DNA from: Octopus sinensis
Lineage: Eukaryota
Assembly (NCBI RefSeq): GCF_006345805.1
Contig: NC_043007.1
Coordinates: 31,062,001-31,126,000, forward strand
Length of the DNA: 64,000 nt
Reading direction: 5' to 3'
In this document: positions 53,082 to 64,000 of the stretch, piece after piece
How the letters are laid out: each line of letters starts with the position of its first letter
Position numbering within the stretch: position 1 is the stretch's first letter
Translations under genes and position numbers: made by a program
Notes under the pieces: model-generated
The model's database searches: none
Told to the model about the DNA's origin: nothing
What the model saw: the letters and a program-made list of their open reading frames with translations, nothing else

Positions 53082-53716
53082 TCTATATATATAAAACTGT
53101 AGTTGTGTGAGTGTCTGTCCCCTTCGATTTAGATTCCTAACTACTCCCACATTTTGCGGTGCAGTTTAACCAAATTCGGGTAGCTTATAGTCGTGATTCA
53201 TATCGAGCCCGTCTGAGTATTAGCGCGCGTCTACGATGAGTCTACGATTTTAAAAATAATTTAACATCATTTTTTATTCCATTTTAATGCATAATTTTTC
53301 GTGTGTCGATGGCGGTGGAGTTGGCGTCCACGCTCACACCTGCACCTGTGGGGAAGGGAGTGTAAGGAAATCAACGTCGTAATGCGTTGTCAAGGAGACC
53401 AGCGTTCTTTTAGAACAACGACTTCATGGCTTGAAGACACCAAAACAGAAATGGCTAAGAAAGCGTCTACATGAGTCTACGATTTTAAAAAAAATTTACC
53501 ATCGTTTTTTTTCCATTTTAATGCATTTTTTCGCTATTATATAAGGGAAGTAACTCTCTAAAAATGTCTACGATGAGTCAACGATTTAAAAAAAATTTAC
53601 CATCATATTTTTTCCATTTTAATGCATTTTTTGCTATTTTTTGGCTATAACTCTCTAAAAATGCTTATATAGTTATTTCCCTTACAAACCCGAGCAACGC
53701 CGGGCGATACTGCTAG
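53082..53716 (+). mobile_element. Non-autonomous Helitron (635 bp)
   Basis: A|TCTATATATATAAAA 5' end, subterminal hairpin CCCGAGCAACGCCGGG (53689-53704), CTAG|T 3' end, A-T insertion site, no TSD. Confidence 0.88.
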
Positions 53717-56700
53717 TGAAAGATAAAACAATACTCAAAATATATTATAGGTACAGGCAAGTCTGCTTCCCAATCACATGGTTACAAGTTCCGTCCCACT
53801 GCATGGCACCTTAGGCAATTGACTTCTATAATAGCCCTGGGCTGAACAAAGTCTTGTGACTGGATTCGTAGAAAATTTACAATTTTTGTCTGACCCATGG
53901 AAAAGTGAACCTTAAATGATGATGAAATTTATTAAAAAAAGACATAGGTATGGCAGTGTGATGGTTAAGCAGCTCACTTTGCAACCATCTGGTTTCAGGC
54001 TCAGTTCCACTGCGCAGCACCTTGGGCAAGTATTTTATACTACAAACCTTGCAAGTGAATTTGGGAGATGGAAATTGTGTCAGAGCCCTTTGTGTTTGTG
54101 TGTATACATGTGTGAATCCTGTCACTGCTTGATAACCAGTGTTGGTTTGTTTACATCTGTACAACTTTGTGGTTCAGCAAAAGAGACTGATAGGATAAGT
54201 ACCAAACTTTAAAACAAGAACCGGAATTGATTTATTTAATTAAAATCCTTGAAGGTAATGCTACAGCATGGCTGCAGTCCAATGACTGAAACAAGTAAAA
54301 GATATCAATATGTTTGAGCAATTCCTTGAAGCCGGTGCTCCAGTATGGCAATACACAAATAACTGAAAACAGTAAAAGAATAACATTTTTTGAAAGAAAT
54401 TAAAACAAAGTTTAGTTTATGATTTTATTCCTTTAATTATGAATTTTCAATAAAATTCAAAATGAAAAGAAATTTACATTAAAAAAAAAAAATTCACAAA
54501 TTTAAGAATGAAGTATAAAAATAAATCAATTTCAGGAAGCAGAAAAGATACAAAGAAATAATAGTGATAACATAATTTTTAAAACAAGATACTGTTAGTA
54601 TAGTTTTGGTTTTTGGGCTTTTAACCTAAGTTTTGTGTTCCTACCAATTACTATATTTTTATCTGATTGCATAAATGTCATTCTTATACATAATTTTCCA
54701 TTAGAATTGAATTTATTTCTAATGCAAGGTTTCAATGTTCTTTACATATCACTTAAGAAAACTGAAATCTTACGTTACAAATACAAGTACTTCAGTTCTC
54801 AAAAGTTCTTAATTCTATGCTGATTAAAATAGTGTGGATGAGGTTACAAAGACAAGGTTAAGAGTGCGATAAACTCACAAGACATAAACAGCAAGTTTTT
54901 GTGGTAAAATTTAATTTTAAAAAAAAAGGAGACAACTTAGTGGCTAATAAACTGAAAAAAAAAAGATAGAAAATATATTTCCAATAATGTGAATATACTT
55001 TTTTTTTTCACCGGTTTTTCTTTGATCATACAATTATAAAACAAAACAATTTTTTAAATACTTGCAGATATTAGTATGTCAGATGGTGTAGAGGTAAAAA
55101 ACCTCTACCTGTTGACTTTTGTAAATTATATTTAATGGATAAAGTCTAAAGTTTGTAGTATCTTTTAGGTATCTTAGTACTTTTAAAGTACAACTTTACA
55201 CACAAAAAAAAATAAATATATAAAATGTATTTTGAAAGCAAGTTTATTTTTTTTCTATTTTTTTTGAGAGCTGGCTGGATATTTACAGTGACATCTCTGT
55301 ATCTGTTAGTGTAACAAAAGCAAGCTTAATTTTAAAAACAATTCCACCAAACCATTAATAATACAAAATGAAGTCAATCTATTTTTGTTATTTATTCTAT
55401 CCAATAACGGATGCCATATTTCTAGAATAGAAATTGTTAAAACAATGTTGGTTTTGTATTATTTGGAGTGGTTTGCTATCAAAAGATACAAAGGATTAAC
55501 CAAAGTGTAATAGATTAGTGTAGGAATCTGTGACAAGCTATTTTAACCCTTTAGTGTTCGCATTATTCTGCCAAAATTAATCCTTTTTTACCCACATTGT
55601 TTTGAACTAATCATTAAAACGATATTGTAGGGTTGGTGTGAGAGACCAGATCTGGCCAGTTTGAACATAAAACCGGCAGAATACTTTTGGCTGGATACAA
55701 CCGGTTTAAATGCTAAAGGGTTAAAGTAGATGGTAAGATATATCTGACTATCACAGAGGAATAGAGAAATACACACATACACACAGACACAAAACAAAGA
55801 CCATTGCATGGTAGTTTATAATAAATATGAGGATCTTTGAATGATAGATGATAAACAGGAAATTGGTTTTTCTCTCTATGGTAGTCTTATTAGAAAATCA
55901 CAAACATTGACAGGGGTCAAAATTGGATGAGACCAATCATCATCAACATTTGGTATTCAAAGAGATTATGTTATGATGAAACCAGTTCAATATTTCAATA
56001 CAGACAATAAAAAAAATCTGTCAAGTTGTAACTAGATTCATAATAGCAGTTATACAAGAAACCTGCATTGGTTATTCAGTCTAGTGATGTGGAAATATGT
56101 GACAAACATTTCTTAAAAATGAAAGCTAAGATGAAGAGATTGAAACAAGTTATCGCAAAATTAAAAAGAATTTGTTAAATGAGTAGAAAATAAAGCTGAA
56201 AGCATACAATTAATTAATTAAAAAAAACTTCTGTTCAGAATTTGCTACGATTTTCTTGGATGCAAAATTAATATTATTTTCTACTACACGTACAGTAGAG
56301 GCATGTGGCTTAGTGGTTAGAGTGTCAGCATCATGATCGTAAGATTGTGGTTTCGATTCCTGGACCGGGCGACATATTGTGTTCTTGAGTAAAACACTTC
56401 ATTTCATGTTGCTCCAGTCCACTCGGCTGCAAAAGTGAGTAATATTGCAATGGACTGGCATCCCGTCCAGCTGGGGAACACATATGCCATAGAAACTGGC
56501 CCCATGAGCCTGGCTAGGCTTTAAAATGGTGCATTTATTTATTTATTACTATACATACAAGGCCTGAAATTTGGGGGAAGGGGGATAGTCAATTACATTG
56601 GCCCCAGTGCTTCCCTGGTACTTAATTTATCGACCCCAAAAGGATGAAAGGCAAAGTCAATCTTGGTGGAATTTGAACTCAGAACATAAAGACTGAAGAT

Positions 56701-57768
56701 GCCAAATTAATATTGAAACATTGATGACTGAGTTTCTAGAATTCATAAAGCTACTAGTGTTGCATCTTCAGATACTAATTAGTCACTTTCTTGGTATTTA
56801 CATCTTTACTCTGGCATTTTTTTCTAAAATCTCAAATCGTTAGGGATTTGTAACTAGATACAGTAAAACATTTTCTTTTCCTGTTAGAATAAGAAGAGTT
56901 AACTTGAAATTAGAAGTATGGGACACTTCACCTGTATTCTTTTCTACTCTAGGTACAAGGCCTGAAACTTTGGGGGAGAGGGCCAGTCAATTACAATGAC
57001 CCCAGTACACAACTGGTACTTAATTTATTGAACCTGAAAAGATGAAATGCAAGGCCGAACTCGGTGGAATTTGAACTCAGAACGTAACGGCAAGCAAAAT
57101 ACTGCTAAGCATTTCACCTGGCATGCTAACGTTTTTGCCAGTTCGCTGCCTTACACTTCACCTGTATTGTAATTGAAATGGCATGCAGCAAATCCCTAAA
57201 AACCAATATGAAAAAAATATTCAAGTCTTAGCACCAAATGTTACTTTATTATATGCAGTTATAAAATTAAAGATTTAATATTTGTTTCAAAAGATAAGCT
57301 TCACCTGTACTTAAGCTACTTGATAAGAGATTCTCCACACCTGGTTGAAACCAACAACTATTTCATATCTAATGTTTGGTTTTCACCATAGTATATATCA
57401 ACACTGAAATAGCATTACCATGGCAATTCTTGGATCTTATCTCAGTAGCCATATTTTTGCTGAGATACTCGTGAGATATTATCTTACTAGGACAAATATT
57501 TCTTGAGAAAATTTAGGAAGAAATTGATTTGAAATTTTGCAATGAAGGCTTGGGGGCTATTACATCTAAATTCTGGTCTTGTGTAACATTGAACAGTGCC
57601 CAATAATGTTACACAAGACCAGAATTTATTAAAATGATAATTTCAAACTTTCTATTATTGGTTCATAAAAAGAATTCCAAGTTTGTACGATTTTATTTTT
57701 ATTAGTATATCTAAATAAAAAACATACTTCAAGCATAAAAACAGCCAAAGGAATAAGTTTATTAAGAG

Positions 57769-57975
57769 TTAACCCTTTCGATACCAACCCAGCTGTGGCT
57801 CTGAGTACAAATGCCTTGTTTTCAAAAGTTTTGAATTAAAATCTGCCAAACCGTTGTCACAATTTACATTCCTAGAATGATAACGAAGTTATTTTACTAA
57901 ATTCTTTGTTATATTTAAAATTAATTGAAAGAAACACGGAGCATCTCAACAGAAATATGGTAACAAAAGGGTTAA
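57769..57975. mobile_element. piggyBac-like MITE
   Basis: TTAA-CCCTTTCGATACCA ... TGGTAACAAAAGGG-TTAA. Relatives at 38638-38867, 45043-45240 and 31200-31590. Confidence 0.8.
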
Positions 57976-60900
57976 ATGTAGCTGGTAAGACTTCAATAAA
58001 ACTATGGCAAGAACCCAGCAAGAAATGTGCATTGTATGTGCTGTGAAGCCACAGTCAATAGAGAGGAAGACATCCAATATGGCCTGTTCTTGATTCACTA
58101 ATTATAGATTACGACATTTAAATTTGAAATTAGACTAAATTTTATTATCTTCATTTTTCGATGTGACTGGTTTTATTACAGAGAAATTTTAAATTTGATT
58201 CATAGAATACTGATTGGTTAATTCCGCTTTTACTGATTGCTATTTAAATCATAGACAACACAAAAGTGGTGTTTGTTAGTTGAACATGATAGGTAATTTA
58301 AAGAGCATATAGTTATGAAACACAGTTTTCATAAAATTATATCCGAAACTAAAATATATCGCAAAGAATCTCGACAAAATTAAATAAATATTAAGTTGAT
58401 TTAGTGGTGCAACTGAAGTAAAAAGATATGAATCTGGAGGAGGGGAAAAAAAGAATCATCTCAAACAGGTACCATCTTATGAAAACTGAGACTACCATTT
58501 TTTCTTATTTATCAAAGATGAGACTGTATAATTATGTCGATAGATATATATACTAGCAAAATTTGGAAGAGGATAACCCTACAAACTAAAGCTGTAAGCT
58601 ATATGCATTGCTGTATAATTTATAAAGTACTGAGGCCCTACAAAGGAGCTAAAATCAAGCTAAGTCTTAGATTGCTTCATTGCAAATGAAATAAGCACTC
58701 AAGCTTTTCTGTTTGAGCCCCAAAACAGATTTAAAACAAAAAGCACGTGGAAATCAAATGTGATTAATGATTTAAAAATGAGAAGGAGGTTCAATAGCTA
58801 CCAAATACAGAACAGGCATTGAATGGTATTTCTTCTCTTGCAAATTTCAGAATGGACAAAAATAACAATTCTTTTTTTTTTTTATTCCAACAAAATAAAT
58901 AAATATTTTTTAAAAATCAGAATATCAAAGAAAAGCAACAAAATAGAAGCTAATTAAAAGATTATTTAACTTTCTTTTATTGCAGAATTATTATATATCA
59001 AATTTATTCCAGTAAAATCAGAATGGAATAAAGAGAATTTAATAAATGACGGAACAAACAAAAATAGTGCAGTAGTTTGATTGAAGCATCTGGATTGAGC
59101 CACTTTTGGTATTTTTCAAAGATATCAAAAAACTTTTCTAGGAACTTTAAAGCACTCATAAATCCAGGATATTGTTAGGAATTTCATGACTACAAAATTT
59201 ATTAAAAAAACAAAAATACATATCTTACAATTGAAAAGAGTTTTCATATCTTGAAAAAATTTTTTTATTATGGTACATGGAAACTTAAAGCATGATGTTG
59301 GAAGATCCATGTTATTTCTTCCTTCAAGGAATTTTTAAATAAAAATTAAAGAATTTGAGGACAACAGAAAGGTCAAAGAAAATATAACTTTGAATAAATT
59401 AAAAGTATTTTGCTTTACATTATGATTTATATTTTAATACAATATTAGATTTTAATTTGAACAGAATTTGTGAAAAGTTCTATATTTATCCAAATATTGA
59501 TATTTCCAGCAATTCTGAATAAGAGCTGAGATTATCAAAATATTTATGCATTAAAAAAAAAAAAAATTAAATCAAAGTTTAATGAAAACAATTAAAAAGT
59601 AAGATTAGAGAGGGTATCTAAAAACATTAGTAATGTAACTAGTTAAAGAAACTTGCCCTATGTTGATAATTCATAAAGCAGTCACCGATATTGGCCATGA
59701 AACAAGATGACTACAGCTGAAACACTTTTGCCCATAAGTTACCCTCTTGAAAATAAGAGGGTAACTTATTTTTAACTCAATCAATAAAAGATGCATTTAT
59801 TATAAGAATGCTTTGATACAGATTCTGCAAAATTATCAATTTAAGTAATTTACAGATGCATTTAGATTTTTTCTAAATTTGTTAATGTAGCTAGTTACTT
59901 AACCAAATAAGCTTCATTTTGAAGTTAAATACAAAAATAAGGAGATTGCCAGTATTTTGTTTCAGGAAAAATTGGTTCAAAAAGTCCTTTTCATAACCAT
60001 GTTTTAAGGGAAAACCATGATTCAATTTTAAAAACTGAAAATCTGGAGGAGTTCAGTAAAACAATAAAATAAGTTGTTAAATTTTTTTTTTATTGATATA
60101 TTAAGATGGTGTTTGGAAATATATTTTTTTTAAATATAAAATATTCTCACATAAAAATACAAATTCTTTTACCTACTGAAATCTTGCCTAATTATTTGTA
60201 CAGTAAGATTTCAGTCTAAATTGAACAACTCAGTGTATTTGGTGCTGGTTGGGAACATGAGACCAAGAGTGGTTAACAAAAACTTTTAGAATTTTAATTT
60301 GTTATGATACTGCTCTTCACTGTAATCATATAAGAACCAATGATATATTTGTTAGGAATAGTGATCTAATTACTATTCAGTCAGATGTTTGTTAGAAACC
60401 AATCTAATTATCACATAACGGCTGAAACTGCACATGAAAAATACTGCAAAATTTAGACAGAAAGTATATTTATGGCAAGATATTAAAAATGATTTGAAAA
60501 AAAGTTAGTGCTACTTTCAAATTTCACGTCTCATTTTATCTCCACTTTTCCATGGTCCAGATGGAATTCTTGAAGCTGATTTTCTACAGCCAGATGCCCT
60601 TCCTGCCACCATTCCTCACTCATTTCCAAACAAGGTAATATTTTTCATAGCCAGACATTTTTCAGAAGACTAGAAATAAACAATATTACTTGTATGACGA
60701 TAATGCTCATTTACGACCGTCACACGATGTCTCGACAAGAGTGGACACACACACGATAGCCATCTTTCAGTTTCTGTCTGCCAGATCCATCCAGAAGGCT
60801 TTGGCTGGCCCAGGGTTATAGAAGACAATTGCTCCAGGTGCCACACAGTGGGGACTGAACCACATGGCCATGTCACATAAGAAATTCAACGGAAAAAAAA

Positions 60901-62863
60901 AGAAAACTTATTTATACCAAAAAGATTAAAGAAAATTGCATCCATTTATATTGGAAAGAATAAAGAGGAAGGGCAGCAATTTTGAAGATAACATGAAGTA
61001 GCTTGATTGCTAGTTTTGACACAAACAAATAATACACACACAAAAAAACAAGCAAAACCCAGGGGGTGAGGGTTGATAACAAATTTCAATTCATTTTATT
61101 TAGGACTGACAATATTTTTTTTATCATTCAACACCATGGAAGATCTGAATAGTTTTAAGTTTATGTCTAACGTTAGCAAAATATAATGAAAAATTAAATT
61201 TCATAAACTTAAATTAAAATTATAAGCTACATTTTTATCAAATGGAAAATAGAATTATTCTCCAAAAGCATGTCATTTTTGTACAGTATAATACTGATTA
61301 ATCCCTCATGAGGTATCAGATGAACTAAATTAAAAAAAAAAAAAAAATCATAGCACAAGATATTGTTAGTTTGTTCCTTAAAAATAACCAAAATAATTTG
61401 GGACAAAAATTTGAATTTTCTTTTGGATAAACATAAATAACAATTAGTCATTAAATTATATCTCAACTCAAAAGAATGAAGTCATTTGGGACAGTTTTGA
61501 TCATTCCACCAAAAATTGTAGAGGTGGAAACAAAAAAATGTTCTAATGACATTGTTGAAGTTAGAATGCGGCGATATTTGTTTCGAATAATCTATGACTA
61601 GAAATTATCGCAAGACTGACATTTGTAGTTAAAAAAAAAAAAAAAAAGCCCCCAGAAAATTAGGGTATCATCTTACAACTCAGCTATGTTATCCTTAACT
61701 GAAATCAATGCCAACAATATCAAAAATTCCATCGATAACCCTATCCCAAAGCAAAGGTGACTGAATACTTGTAAGCTAGGCGCTTCATTTGTTCATACAT
61801 TAATTAAAATATACATACATCATATATCACACATATGTATATAAACATACACACACACATGCACAAACAAACAAACACATTAATGTATTTAAAAATAAGT
61901 GCTTCTGTAAGAAAGTCATTACTGACAAACGAGTCCGACCCAATTTCTTTCAATAATAGTAATAACTTCAAATTTTGGCACAAGGCCAGCAATTTCAGGG
62001 GAGAGTATAAGTCGATTAAATCAACCCCAGTGTTCAACTGGTACTTATTTTATTGACCCCGAAAGGATGAAAGGTAAAGTCGACGTCGGCAGAATTTGAA
62101 CTCAGAACACACAGAGAGGAATGAAATGCTGCTAACAATTATCCCAGCTCACCGCCTTAATAATAACAATAATAATAATAATCCTTCCTACTGGAAGCAC
62201 AAGGCCTCAAATTTGGGGAAGGAATTAAGTCGATTATATCAACCCCAAAAGGATGAAATGCAAAGTCAACCTTGGCGGAATTTGAACTCAGAACGTAGCA
62301 GCAGATGAAATACTGCTAAGCATTTTGTCCAGCGTGCTAACAATTCTGCCAGCTTAGCCAATCATAATGTAAACTCAAGGCCACACATTTATTCAGAGGA
62401 GCATGACTAATTACATGAGGCCCGGTACCTCATTGATACTAATTTTACTGACTTAGAACAAAATTCATCTCGGTGGGATTTGAACTCAGAACATAAGGCA
62501 ACATAGCTAGACACTTGTCACTCCATTACCTTTCTTGAAGGACCAAAGGCATGTGAGATGGTAATGTCACAGAATTAATAGCTTGATATTAGAGAAAAGT
62601 ATTGTTACTTAATATAACAGTATCAGAACAGATATGCAGTAATTTTGCCAGGAAAGACCAAGAAAAGAAGTCTAGGAATTCAAGTTTGTAAAACTGAAAG
62701 ATATGGCCAGGTTTTTAGAAAATAATGGCAAAAGAAGCATCTTGAATAAAAAAAAAAAAAAGAAAAAAAAAAAAGGGGTTTAAATTTTGCCACAAGGGCA
62801 GCAAATTCACAGGAGGATGTAAGTCGATTACATCAACCCCAGTGTTCAACCGGTATTTATTTT

Positions 62864-63212
62864 GGCAATCCTTCGGTTTTACTCGACAAAACAATAACAA
62901 GACCTCACTTGTTTCCGTGACAACTGCTGTGACAACTACTAAAGTGTGTGTGTGTGTGCGTGTGTGCTTGTTCTTGTCTGTGTGTGTATGCGTGCGTGTT
63001 CTTGTCTGTGTGTCAGAACATGCACACACACACACACATAAGAACAAGCACACACGCACACACAGACAAGAACAAGCACGCACGCACACACAGACACACT
63101 TTAGTAGTTGTCACAGCAGCTGTCACAAAGATATCCAAAGTGAATTGTCGAGTTGTCACGGAAACAAGCGAGGTCTTGTTACTGTTTTGTCACGTCAAAC
63201 TGAAGGATTGCC
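62864..63212. mobile_element. Fold-back MITE, Merlin-like, inserted into a SINE
   Basis: GGCAATCC...GGATTGCC termini, inverted arms of about 150 bp, 8-bp TSD TTTATTTT/CTTATTTT; the SINE-2 consensus resumes across the insertion. Confidence 0.75.
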
Positions 63213-63473
63213 CTTATTTTATTGACCCTGGAAGGATGAAAGGCAAAGTAGAACTGCTAAACATTTTGCCCAGCATGCTAACGACTCTGCCAGCTTGTCA
63301 CCTTAGTAATAAAGTGATTTATAAAATTAATAAAAATGAGGTACAGAATTCCAGTAATGGAAAACAAAAATTATAATTATGAGTAATTAAAAATTTAAAC
63401 AAATTTTTAATATATTTTTCAATGGTAAAAAAATGAAAACCAAAAAAAAAAAAAACCAGCACAGCATTCCTAA

Positions 63474-63620
63474 TTACTTGGAAGATTTGAAAGGTTTTGT
63501 AGAACGCTTTATTCTTGAATACGGTCCAATATCAGGATCAAATATGAAATCGTAAATCACTTTCACCCAAGAGGTGTGACATGGTAGGTTGTCATAAAAC
63601 TCTGGTGCCATTTTACGGAG
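63474..63620 (-). CDS. DEGS1: Sphingolipid delta(4)-desaturase (DES1) last coding exon (LRKMAPEFYDNLPCHTSWVKVIYDFIFDPDIGPYSRIKRSTKPFKSSK*)
   Basis: Strong minus-strand acceptor (poly-T then ccAG), 48 codons plus TAA. Matches DEGS1 C-terminus [39 protein letters not shown]. DEGS1 and DEGS2 cannot be distinguished from this exon. Confidence 0.95.
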   Translation of the reverse strand, partial: LRKMAPEFYDNLPCHTSWVKVIYDFIFDPDIGPYSRIKRSTKPFKSSK

Positions 63621-64000
63621 CTGGAAAAAAAAAAAAAACAGAAAATAGATTCTAAATCATTGTCAACAATTGTAATATGGGGTGTTTGATGAAAATGGGC
63701 CCTAGAAACAAAATAAACACGCATTTATGTATGTGTCTGTATGTGTGTGTGTGTGTATATCATCATTTAACATCTTATTTCTATATTGCCCACAAGTGGC
63801 TAAACAGAGGGGACAAACAAGGGATTAAGTCGATTACATCAACTCCAGTGTGTAACTGGTACTTAATTTATTGACTCTGAAAGGATGAAAGGCAAAGTCG
63901 ATCCCGGTGGAATTTGAACTCAAAACGTAATGGCAGACAAAATACCTATTTCTTTACTACCCACAGGGGGCTAAACACAGAGAGGACAAACGGATTAAGT

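Overview
Repeat-rich eukaryotic DNA; the SINE/LINE families point to an Octopus genome (inference). Two real genes are only partly present and lie tail-to-tail, and the ORF track largely misses both because they are spliced. (1) On +, the last five coding exons of a KIF16B-like kinesin-3 (2323-2373, 15126-15248, 23467-23556, 31080-31160, 31866-32021; all phase-0 GT-AG introns) encode 166 aa including the C-terminal PX domain. (2) On -, the last coding exon of a DEGS1-like sphingolipid delta(4)-desaturase (63474-63620). The rest is tRNA-derived SINEs, CR1- and RTE-type LINE ends, mariner and maT remnants, piggyBac-, Tc1- and Merlin-like MITEs, a non-autonomous Helitron, Penelope-like elements (PLEs) and microsatellites. 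Nearly all listed ORFs are repeat artefacts. No rRNA, tRNA gene or CRISPR array was seen. Most interesting: hammerhead-ribozyme-bearing PLE-type mini-elements in (TA)n tracts at 43.3-46.6 kb; a pre-miRNA-sized perfect hairpin and a 349-bp fold-back MITE downstream of DEGS1; and a transposon-free, TGACAG-rich island in a KIF16B intron. All homology calls are from remembered motifs, not database searches. Repeat boundaries are approximate unless a terminus is quoted.
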